Source: Rebecca billardiae RCC1528
Lineage: Eukaryota > Protista > Haptophyta
Direction: 5' to 3'
NCBI GenBank assembly: GCA_965240325.2
Contig: OZ251222.1
Span: 2,976,001 to 3,040,000 of the forward strand
Length of the DNA stretch: 64,000 bases
Part shown: positions 35,531 through 45,182 of the stretch, piece by piece
Position numbering within the stretch: position 1 is the stretch's first letter
How the letters are laid out: each line of letters opens with the position of its first letter
Made by a program: the position numbers and the translations under genes
Notes under the pieces: generated by a model
What the model was told of the DNA's origin: nothing
The model's input: the letters and a program-made list of their open reading frames with translations, nothing else
The model's database searches: none

Positions 35531-38500
35531 TGAGCTCATGGGAGCTTCGCGGCGGACAACGTGGGAACACACCGCGCGGACGCGCGCGGTTTCACCCGAA
35601 CTCGAAGGTCGACATCCGCGAGGATTTGACCGACGACACCACCAGACCGGCGGCGCAGCAGCCAAAGCGCGCGTCACGCGACCGACCGGAACGCAACCAC
35701 TCTCGACCTTCGCAGCAGCCGCGAGGCGAGAGGACGCGTACTTCGAACGAGCAGCTGCGCTCGTTCAAGAACCTCGACTACCGCTTCGGACATCCCCCGC
35801 GGAGCGAGCAAGACCACAACCTCAGCGGCCGCGACGGCAAAGCCCAGCGACAACGCGTACTACAGGTCAAGCGCCGCAAGTGGCGCTTCAAGGTCAACAA
35901 GGACTCCAACCACGCACCCGACGACGGGGCGTGGAGAGCGGAGCGCACAGAGCCACCCAGCGCCGCGTCTGCGCTGCGGGACCCGCTCCAGCCGCGGGGT
36001 CACAACCACCAAACCTCGCAACGCGAGGCCAAACGCGGCGCGCGCACGCGCACCGCGCACGCGCAAAGTATCCCCACGCTGATTCCCAGCGCGCGTCAGA
36101 CACAGGGACGACAGTCGGCGACCGACTCGATCCCATATGTCCCCTCCTTCACGTTCCAGATTCTCCCTTCCGTCTATGCGGGCGGCTGGGACTCTACGCC
36201 CGCCTACAAGGGCGCGGCGACAACGCCTAACCAGTGGAGTGAGATTGATGACGATGATCCAGCGTCGTGCCAGCCGTGCGACAATCAGTCGTGCACATCG
36301 AGGCATTGCCTTCTTGAGTGCAACATCTGTGGGATGGGCAGAGTCTGCAGCTACCGATGCGCAGACGCCATCCAGGTTCAGCATCAGCTCGAATGTGAGC
36401 AGATCATCCAGTTTGCAGCGATGAACGATGGGATTGACATCGATGATGATGGCATTCACGTCCACCAACAGGACGGACCCGTCGCAGCGGCTGATCGCCG
36501 CAGCCTGAGCGTCGTGAATGACGCAGGCGCCAGCCTCGATGATATTTGCCCTTGGCGGCCATCTAAACGATGCACTATCTACTCGGGAGGCTTCATCGCA
36601 GCAGCCGCAGAGCGGCATCAAGGTCACAACTACACAGTTGGAGACTATGTGCGGGAAAGGGACGAGCTTCACCAAAGCAAGTTTGATCTCATGTTCCATT
36701 GTAACGACGCACTCCTACAGCCAGGTGTCGCATGCTTACTGCACGACGAGTTCTATGGGCTGACTTCTGAAGCAGGCGAGGGACACTCGCCAGCTGACGA
36801 CGGTCCACCTGGACATGGCACAAACTACCCGCCTGCCGCGACTGGCGCCGACAACAGCGCACAGCAGAGCAGCGATGGGGACGAGTCCTCTACGTCGGAC
36901 ATTGACAGCTATGCCACAGCAGAGGACCACATTGAGACAAGCTCGCCCCACGCGTCACCGCGAACGCGCAGAAATGGAAGCGAAGCTTGCACCTACTTGC
37001 CCGACGCACATGCAATGATGGCTGTGCAGACAAGCCAGCCCGGCGTCGGAAGCTACAAGCTGACGAATTTCTTCACAATCAAATCGAAAATGGCTATCCA
37101 CGGAGCGATCAAGGACGCAGTCACCGAGGTCAAGGCTTCCTACAAGGGAAGAGCGACCGACACTACGTCGTCCATGGTCACCCTCGTCGAGGCCAGGCTC
37201 TCCGGATACGCGCTGGCCGAGGCAGCCGTGTGGACAGCCGAAAATGCTATTCGGGAACCTTACGCAACCGCATTCGCAAACATGGACGCGGACACCACCA
37301 TCATGCAGATGACGATCGTCTACGAGCGATCGGTGGAAGTACTTTTCAAGCGTATCAAGGACATGATGCTGCCAAGTCTCTTTTCGTACCTCGAGTCGAA
37401 AAGGCACATCGTGAACCCGAATGAGAATTTCCTGAATTTACATACTCTGCTCGAAATCTTCGAGCACGAGCTGAACGTATCGACCATGTCGGAGCTCCGG
37501 GCTGAGTTCAAGAAGCTCTACCCGGACCGACCGACCCCGGTGAGCGGCCCTGAGATGATCAAGCAAACGGTGGAGATGGTACGCGCATCACGCTATCGAG
37601 AGCTAGACGACGCCACACTCCTCGTGTTCAAGCTGTACAATGGGATGCACGAGCACCCAGAGGTCTACTCGACCGTCATCTCTATTTACGGTTCAATGTC
37701 GCCCCAGCAATGCGTGGCGCAGACCGAACAGCTCACCGCCCAGATCGAGGACGCATACAGGCGTTGGACTCAGTCGCCCAAGGGACGACAGGCAACGCAA
37801 CGTGACCCCAAGCGGGGCGGTCCCGCGCACGCTCTCAATACTGAGGAGGCGGACCGCCGACAACCAGCAGTCACGTGCTCGCATTGCGGACTACGCAATC
37901 ACACCGCAGAACGGTGCTGGAAGCTACATCCAGACTTGCGGCCACCCAGGCCGCCCGGTGCACCAAAACAGGGCAACTTCAAGCCGCCCGCCGAGCCCGG
38001 CAGGTATGACGGCAAGTTCATCAAGGTACCTCCGCCCCCCAAGTGGGCGGGGAGGCCGCGAGCCCAGATGGTGCAAGACGAGGACATCGACCCGGAACCC
38101 GATGACGCAGATCTCGAGCCGACGCAATACGCGTATCTGGACTCGGGCGCGTCCCAATCATTTGTCGATATCAACCTCGGCCTGCTACACAATGCTCATC
38201 CGATCAGCATGTCTGTCAAGGTCGCCAAGCGCGACATTGAGCTACACGCATCCAAGGCAGGCGACATGTACGTATACTTACTCGACGCCGACTCAGACAC
38301 AACCGTGCCGGTGTGCCTGGAAAACGTCGTCGGAGTCGAAGATCTCGATACTACTCTCTTTTCAGTCAACGCGTTCGCCGCGGCCGGAATGGCTGTGGTG
38401 TTCGACGAACGACCATACATCCGCATCGGCCCCAAGAGGGTTCATTTGCGCCCCGACAACACTGTCGGATTCAAGGCAGTCGTACCCAAGGCAGAGACAG

Positions 38501-41415
38501 CCATGCCGGCCACCGCGGACGACATGCCACCAGACGTCGACCCGATCAAGAACGGTCGAAAGATCACGCTCTGGCAATCCAGACTAGGATACGCCGATAT
38601 CAAGCGTGTACGCGCAACCTACCGCGCGAACGACAAGATGTCGGAGGCATCGCCCTGCACGTACCAGCCCTCCGACATTGCCAAGTTCAAAGCTAAGCCG
38701 TTCCCGGGCACACGTGAGAGGACAACTCGACCGCTCGAGATGCTCCACAACGATGTCATCGGGCCCATCAACGGGCTGCCCGCCAAGACTCCAAGGTGGG
38801 GAACTCTATTCATCGATGATTTTTCCGGATACATGCGAGTCCTTCGCAGGTACGACATGCTATGCAACTACATGTCGCCCCCCCACACGCAGCAGCTGAA
38901 CGGCGTCGCCGAACGTGGCCTCGGAGTCATCATGAATGACGCCAGGACAATGCTGTACCTCTCAGGCGTACACCACAAATGGTGGCATTGGGCAGCCAAG
39001 TGCGCTGCCGCGCAACGCAACCTGATGAGCAAGCATCCTACCAGCGATGGCAAGCTGGTTTCGCCGCACGAGTTGATGTTTGGCACCTCGCCCGGGCCCT
39101 TCCTGCAAAAGCTGAGAGTCTGGGGCTCGCCCTGCATCTACCTCGTACAGTCGATCAACAAGCAGAACAAGCTACTCCCGCGCGCGCGGGAGGGCATCTT
39201 ATTGGGATACGGATTTGACGGTATCTTCGAGCGAGGCGCGATCAAGCGATCGCACGGATACATCGTTTTGAGTGCCGACGACGGGAAAATCGTCATCACT
39301 CGGCATTTCAAGTTCAACGAGCAAGTCATTTTGGATCGAATCTCTACGCATTTCAAGGAGATCCGCGAAATTCGGGACCCCCTGCTGGCGTGGAGCGCTC
39401 GGCGACCCCCTCAAGGTGCAGATGCTGGTAAGACCCATGACAGCAACACCAACGAGGAGGGCGGCGAAGAGTTTGCCAGCAGCAGCAGCGACGCCGACAG
39501 CGGCTCCGAGCGCGGAGGAGACGATCCACCATCGCCGGACGAGAAATCAGACGACGATGACGACGAGGATGACGGGGACGGCCCCGACGACGACGAGAAG
39601 GGAGATGACGGCGACGACGACGGTGATGAAGACGGCCCCGGAGCTGGAGGCGGACCATCGCCCAGCAACGCGCCGCCGCAGCCGAAGCAGCCTCCTCCCT
39701 CCGCCGATCGCCGCCCACAGCGGACCCGCAACATGACTGGCAAGTCATACTTCCCGTCGACGCGGCGCGCGCGCGCGCGCGCGCAGCTCGCGCAGCTCGC
39801 ATCAGATATCCCGGTACCTACATCGTTCAAGGAAGCGATGGAGAGCAAGCAAGCATCCGATTGGACAAGGGCTATCATGGAAGAATACGAGGCCCACGAC
39901 AGACTGGGCACATTCACGCCCGTCGTTGTTCCCAAAGGGAAAGCAATTATCCCATCGAAGCTGGTCTTCAAGGTCAAAGCCAATCCAGATGGTACCATCG
40001 AACGGTACAAGGCAAGATTGGTTGGTCAAGGCTTCCGCCAGATTCAAGGAGTCAATTACGACGAGGTATTCTCGCCTACTATCCGGTACGAGAATGTACG
40101 CCTCCTATTGGCACTGACGACAGAGCTACGAACACCAGAAAGACCTTGGATCATCCACTCCGCGGACGTGAGTACGGCGTACCTCCAAGCCCCTTTGGAG
40201 GACGGCCTGAAGATCTACACTACGCTACCCCCGCTGTACCCGTGTACTCTCAAGCCACCTGAGGGGCATGTGGTCGCGGCCGACTGGGATATGGCCCTTC
40301 CAGGATTTAAGCAGAGCGGCAGACGATGGCACCTCCGCCTCAGCCAGAAACTGCGAGAGAAAGGATTCAAGAAACTCGCACAGTCGGAGTGCATCTTCGT
40401 CCGCATCTCCGGAGACATCATCGACGTCATCGCAGTGTACGTGGACGATCTGCTTATTCTGAGCAGCTCCCCCGACAGCGCAAGGCCCAGCTCGATTATT
40501 GAGGAAATTCGAAAAGAATTTACCCTCCGGGATTTGGGACCAGCAACGACGTTCCTGGGCATGAATATCACCCAGGGGCCCAAGTCGACGACTATCTCCA
40601 TGTCACAGTACATCACTGATCTCCTCAAGAGGCACGACATGAGCGACATTACGCCCGTCGACAACCCGTGCAGATCGGCAGCAGAGCATCCGACAGCAGT
40701 CGAGACAGACGATTCATCATCGTGCTCGTCGGAGGAATCAAAGACCTACCGAGCAATTGTCGGAGCGCTACTATTCATCATGAACACCTGCCGACCCGAC
40801 ATCAGCTACGCAGTCAACATGTTGGCAAGGTACATGGCAAGCCCAAGTTCGAACGACCTTAAAGGTGCCAAGCGAGTGCTCAGGTACTTGGCCGGGACAA
40901 AGAATTCCGGCATCACTTTCAAATCAACACCTACTCAGCCACGGACGGAGATGTTTGTGGACTCGGATTGGGCCAACGATACAAAGGATCGCCGCTCGAC
41001 AGGAAGCTATATCTACTTCCACGCAGGCGGCCCAGTATCGTGGCGCACCTTCAAGCAGTCAATCACAACCCTCTCATCATGTGAGGCCGAATATGTCGCT
41101 CTCGCGGAAGGAGCCAAAGAGGCAGTTTACCTACGCGACATCATCAGCGATATTCTCAATATTCCCAAGACGCCCATTGTGATCCATGAGGACAACAAGG
41201 GGGCGATTGATCTCTCGAAGAACAGCATTCATCATAAGCGCACCAAGCACATCGACGTACGACACCATTTTATTCGAGATTGTGTCGACCTCGGTGCAGT
41301 CAACATTATCAAGGTACACACATCGGAAAACATCGCCGATTGTCTTACCAAGGCGCTACCCAAGGACAAGTTTGCAAAATTCCGAGACATCATGGTTGCA
41401 CCAGTTTCGAATTGA
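35530..41415 (+). CDS. Copia Gag-Pol polyprotein with long N-terminal extension
   Basis: Zinc knuckle CSHCGLRNHTAERC, protease YLDSGAS, integrase HNDVIGP..NGVAER, RT 'YKARLV..YVDDLL', RNase H 'FVDSDWA..EAEY..EDNKGAI..ADCLTK'. Confidence 0.93.
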   Translation: MSSWELRGGQRGNTPRGRARFHPNSKVDIREDLTDDTTRPAAQQPKRASRDRPERNHSRPSQQPRGERTRTSNEQLRSFKNLDYRFGHPPRSEQDHNLSGRDGKAQRQRVLQVKRRKWRFKVNKDSNHAPDDGAWRAERTEPPSAASALRDPLQPRGHNHQTSQREAKRGARTRTAHAQSIPTLIPSARQTQGRQSATDSIPYVPSFTFQILPSVYAGGWDSTPAYKGAATTPNQWSEIDDDDPASCQPCDNQSCTSRHCLLECNICGMGRVCSYRCADAIQVQHQLECEQIIQFAAMNDGIDIDDDGIHVHQQDGPVAAADRRSLSVVNDAGASLDDICPWRPSKRCTIYSGGFIAAAAERHQGHNYTVGDYVRERDELHQSKFDLMFHCNDALLQPGVACLLHDEFYGLTSEAGEGHSPADDGPPGHGTNYPPAATGADNSAQQSSDGDESSTSDIDSYATAEDHIETSSPHASPRTRRNGSEACTYLPDAHAMMAVQTSQPGVGSYKLTNFFTIKSKMAIHGAIKDAVTEVKASYKGRATDTTSSMVTLVEARLSGYALAEAAVWTAENAIREPYATAFANMDADTTIMQMTIVYERSVEVLFKRIKDMMLPSLFSYLESKRHIVNPNENFLNLHTLLEIFEHELNVSTMSELRAEFKKLYPDRPTPVSGPEMIKQTVEMVRASRYRELDDATLLVFKLYNGMHEHPEVYSTVISIYGSMSPQQCVAQTEQLTAQIEDAYRRWTQSPKGRQATQRDPKRGGPAHALNTEEADRRQPAVTCSHCGLRNHTAERCWKLHPDLRPPRPPGAPKQGNFKPPAEPGRYDGKFIKVPPPPKWAGRPRAQMVQDEDIDPEPDDADLEPTQYAYLDSGASQSFVDINLGLLHNAHPISMSVKVAKRDIELHASKAGDMYVYLLDADSDTTVPVCLENVVGVEDLDTTLFSVNAFAAAGMAVVFDERPYIRIGPKRVHLRPDNTVGFKAVVPKAETAMPATADDMPPDVDPIKNGRKITLWQSRLGYADIKRVRATYRANDKMSEASPCTYQPSDIAKFKAKPFPGTRERTTRPLEMLHNDVIGPINGLPAKTPRWGTLFIDDFSGYMRVLRRYDMLCNYMSPPHTQQLNGVAERGLGVIMNDARTMLYLSGVHHKWWHWAAKCAAAQRNLMSKHPTSDGKLVSPHELMFGTSPGPFLQKLRVWGSPCIYLVQSINKQNKLLPRAREGILLGYGFDGIFERGAIKRSHGYIVLSADDGKIVITRHFKFNEQVILDRISTHFKEIREIRDPLLAWSARRPPQGADAGKTHDSNTNEEGGEEFASSSSDADSGSERGGDDPPSPDEKSDDDDDEDDGDGPDDDEKGDDGDDDGDEDGPGAGGGPSPSNAPPQPKQPPPSADRRPQRTRNMTGKSYFPSTRRARARAQLAQLASDIPVPTSFKEAMESKQASDWTRAIMEEYEAHDRLGTFTPVVVPKGKAIIPSKLVFKVKANPDGTIERYKARLVGQGFRQIQGVNYDEVFSPTIRYENVRLLLALTTELRTPERPWIIHSADVSTAYLQAPLEDGLKIYTTLPPLYPCTLKPPEGHVVAADWDMALPGFKQSGRRWHLRLSQKLREKGFKKLAQSECIFVRISGDIIDVIAVYVDDLLILSSSPDSARPSSIIEEIRKEFTLRDLGPATTFLGMNITQGPKSTTISMSQYITDLLKRHDMSDITPVDNPCRSAAEHPTAVETDDSSSCSSEESKTYRAIVGALLFIMNTCRPDISYAVNMLARYMASPSSNDLKGAKRVLRYLAGTKNSGITFKSTPTQPRTEMFVDSDWANDTKDRRSTGSYIYFHAGGPVSWRTFKQSITTLSSCEAEYVALAEGAKEAVYLRDIISDILNIPKTPIVIHEDNKGAIDLSKNSIHHKRTKHIDVRHHFIRDCVDLGAVNIIKVHTSENIADCLTKALPKDKFAKFRDIMVAPVSN

Positions 41416-41422
41416 GGGGGCG

Positions 41423-41938
41423 TGTCAAAAGCCCAAGGCAGCCATTGGCGCCATTCCCCAGCTCGAGGTTTCAATCTCAAGGCGCTGAGCAATTCTAAGC
41501 GCCACCATGCTGAGGCTTCATTCCAATTCAAAACCTTATCATCGACCTCAACTGTCGGTTTTATTCACGTCCAGTGCACAAATTCATTCATCATCATTCA
41601 TCGTGCATTTCATAATGGCCAACAAGCCCAACAAGCGTCGCGGAACAATCCAGGAATCAAAGCTCCTGAGATGTTCTCAAGCCTTCGCAGGGCAATGCAC
41701 TATCAGATCATTCCGAGAACGTGCCTTCGCAATCAGAAGCCGAGAAGCATCTCCAAACTTTCTAATCACGAAAGTTCTGGGATGAGTCCTTCGTGAGAAC
41801 CGCCTACAAAAGTTTTTCTCAGCGATCTGGAGCTACACCAGCCACACAACAAAACCGAACTGATCAGCAAGCAGGGCCAGACCCCTGCGCCACCATCGCC
41901 AAAGAGCGAACCTCCGCCAGCGCACGAAGTGCCAATCA
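41423..41938 (+). repeat. 3' LTR
   Basis: Copy of 35015-35530. Confidence 0.97.
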
Positions 41939-41947
41939 ATATATATA

Positions 41948-42533
41948 TGTGGCGTTATAGCGCAGCTATAACCGAGTGTGTCCGGAGGCTAGAAGGAGGC
42001 GATGCAGGCGTGCCGCTTGCGACCAAGGGCTTAATCCATCATCTGCCACGAGTGCGTGATCCTGCAGGTGGTGACTGCTGGTACCCAATGGTGCCGGCTG
42101 CTCACGTTTCCGAGAAATTGCTGCTCCACCATCTCGACCGACCCTTCAACAGACAACACCAGGGAGTATGTTTGACAAGATCTTTACTATCATCATGATG
42201 TGCTATTATTACGTTCTTCATCACCACTCATGGCAGCACCTCCTTTATGGCCTCATGTCCAACTCTTCTAAACGGCTCGGTCGTGTCTATTTATTTGGCG
42301 GCTCTCGAGATAGCATGTGCTGAGATCGATCTCTTGGGAGCTTCTCCATCAGCATCCAGGCAGCTTCTCATTCGTCAAGCAAGCGGCCAGCCCCAAGCTC
42401 ATTATCGTTGTGGCCGCTTCTAGTAACTACGACCTGCTATCGAGCAGAGCCACTTGGGCATCCTCAGGCCCCCTGCTCATCCGCGCAGCAAAGCACAAAG
42501 AGGATCCATCGCCTCCCGTCGTGCTTCTTTGCG

Positions 42534-42535
<2 letters not shown>
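41948..42535 (+). mobile_element. Dispersed repeat between TA tracts (copy 2, 3'-shortened)
   Basis: Near-identical to 9577-10156 and followed by (TA)n. Confidence 0.75.

Positions 42536-42628
<93 letters not shown>
42536..42628. repeat. (TA)n microsatellite
   Basis: Seen directly. Confidence 0.95.
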
Positions 42629-42630
<2 letters not shown>

Positions 42631-42808
42631 CACTACTAGTATACTACGTATTAATATATAAGTGCCCAGTGAGTAGTAGTGGGACAGATCGGCCGCCCGA
42701 AGCGTGAATGTCGCTGCACCAGGCGCGGGTTTAACAATGTTCATGCGGTAGCGCCGCCCATCGATATCTGCAGCAAAGAGTCTTAAAAGAGAACGTGGGC
42801 AGGAGAGA

Positions 42809-44881
42809 TCAGCCAAACTTTCGTTGGTTGAAGCCGCCCATCATGCCGCCATTCGCTTGCTGCATGGGAGGCATGGCACCGCCAAAGCCGCCTCCCATCA
42901 TGCCACCGCCCATTTGCGGCATGCCGCCGCCCATCTGCGGCATGCCGCTGCCGCCCATGCCGCCGCCCATCTGCGGCATGCCGCCGCCGCCCATGCCGCC
43001 GCCCATCTGCGGCATGCCGCCGCCGCCCATGCCGCCGCCCATCTGCGGCATGCCGCCGCCGCCCATGCCGCCGCCCATCTGCGGCATGCCGCCGCCGCCC
43101 ATGCCGCCGCCCATCTGCGGCATGCCGCCCATCTGCGGCATGCCGCCGCCGCCCATGCCGCCGCCCATCTGCGGCATGCCGCCGCCGCCCATGCCGCCGC
43201 CCATCTGCGGCATGCCGCCGCCGCCCATGCCGCCGCCCATCTGCGGCATGCCGCCGCCGCCCATGCCGCCGCCCATCTGCGGCATGCCGCCGCCGCCCAT
43301 GCCGCCGCCCATCTGCGGCATGCCGCCGCCGCCCATGCCGCCCATGCCGTTGGCCATCATGCCGGGGCCCATCCCGCCCGGAGCCATCGGCGGGCGGCCG
43401 CCCATCATCGGCGAGCCCCCGCCCATCATGGGCGCACCGGGGCCCATGCCGCCTGGAGGCAACGGCGGGCGGCCGCCCATCATCGGCGAGCCCCCGCCCA
43501 TCTGCGGTGCGCCGGGGCCCATCCCGCCCGGTCCCATCGGCGGCCGGCCGCCCATCATCGGCGGCGCCGCGGTGCCACCAGCGCCGGGCAGGCCACCAGG
43601 GCCGCGGTTGCCGCCGAAGTCGGCCGGGTCGAGTGGGCCTGCGCCAGCCGGCTTGTTCGCGGGCGCGCCGCCGCTGTTGTACGCCGCCATGACGTCCATG
43701 ATGTTCGCCTTGGAGGCGGCCGGGGGTGGCGGCGCGGCCGGCGCGGGCGTGAGCAGGGAGTCCATCGCACTCATCGACTGAGGCGGCGGCGGCACGTTGA
43801 TGGCGAATGCGCTCCCGTTGCCTGTCGCGGCGCTCGACGCGGCGGGCTGCAAGGTCGAAGACGGCGCCATCGCCGCGAAGAGGTCGTCGCCGAACCCGCC
43901 GCTGGTGCCGGACTGGCCGCCGCCCCCACCAAAGGAGGTGGCGAATGGCGACGCGGCGGCCGCGCTGCTCGCGCCGTTCTGCTGCCCGCCCTGGGGAGGT
44001 GCGGGCGCGGCGGCGAAGCTGCCGAAGGCGGAGTCAGCGAATCCGCCCGCGCTGCTGGCCGCCGGTTTGGCAGCCGCGCTGCTGCCGAAGTTGGCGAAGT
44101 CGGAGCCGCCCAGGAGGTCGGGAGGCGCGCTGCGCATCATGGCCACCTGGGGCGTTCCAGAGGGCGCGCCGCCAAACGACGATGGCGGAGGGCCGGTGGT
44201 GGCGGCGGCGGACTGCTGCCGCGCGGGAGGGAGAGCCTGCCGAGGAGGTGCACCTGCAGACGAGCACGGTGGCGGAGCGGCGACGAGCGCGCGGGCGCGA
44301 GCAGCGCTTAGGGCGCTGATGCAAGGTCGCAAGTGCGCGCGCGCACATCGCCGCGCCACGTCGCGTTGTGCAGTGGCGCAGCGCCGTACCGCCCTCTCTG
44401 TAGTACATGCGATGGTTGTACGCCGCGTCGACGAACTGCTTGATGACCTTGTCCTCGTCCCCAGGCCTGGGCCTCCGCCCGCCCTGCGCCTCGAGGTTGC
44501 CAAGCCACGTGGCCGCACATGCCGCGTTGCCTGCTGGCGAGGACCGCCGTGCGCAGTCGTGACGTGTCAGCGACTGGGAGCATTCGGTGTGCACGCCCCG
44601 CGCGCGGCGCGGGGGGGCGGGGAAGCGTATTAGGCGCGAGACTCACCTCCGCCGTTCGCCGTCTTGAGCTTGTCAACCTCCTCGCGGCTCCAGTTGGACA
44701 TGCGCACGCTCTTGCATCGGTGGCTAAAGGCCTGGTGCGCGCTCTTGCACGACGAGCACACAAAGGTCTTGAACGGCACGCAGACCGCGTCGAAGCCCAG
44801 CTTGTCCTCTTTCTGGCAGTTCGGGCAGATCTTGTTCGCGGGCTCGCGCCGGATCTCGCTCAGCTCCTTCTCGACGCTCAT
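42809..44881 (-). CDS. ArfGAP-domain protein (AGFG1/SMAP-like) with Gly/Met/Pro/Gln low-complexity tail; exons 44881-44647, 44530-44390, 44253-42809
   Basis: 'NKICPNC..VCVPFKTFVCSSCKSAHQAFSHRCKSVRMSNWSREEV..GN..A.W..IKQFVDAAY'. Two phase-1 GT-AG introns join the frames. Confidence 0.85.
42895..43345 (-). repeat. Coding minisatellite, 33-bp unit (GGMGGGGMPQM)
   Basis: About 11 tandem units. Confidence 0.9.
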
Positions 44882-45182
44882 CGCTCGGCACGCCGATGAG
44901 TCCACCGAGCAGTTGCGTGGGTATCTGGGGTCGCGGCCGCAGAGATCCGCCGATCTGCTGGGCCAAAGTGTCTGGCTGGAGAAAAGCGCGGCGGTGTCGG
45001 TGCGAACTCACGAGGGCGTGCCGGTGGCGCATCCGGACAGTTGGACCGTTGTGCTTCGTCCGGACGCACGGGTGCAGCCGCGCGGCAAGCCAGTGGCTGT
45101 CGCGCTGTGGCGGGCGCGCACAACCCCAGTGCTCTGTCTTTCTTGGGTGCCTCCACGCGGAGCGCGGCCCCAGAGCCGCTCC

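Larger units (their letters stand above)
35015..41938 (+). mobile_element. Full-length Ty1/Copia LTR retrotransposon
   Basis: 516-bp TG...CA LTRs at 35015-35530 and 41423-41938 with no differences seen. ATATA target duplication within a TA tract. PPT GAGGGGG at 41414-41420. Domain order PR-IN-RT-RH. Confidence 0.97.
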
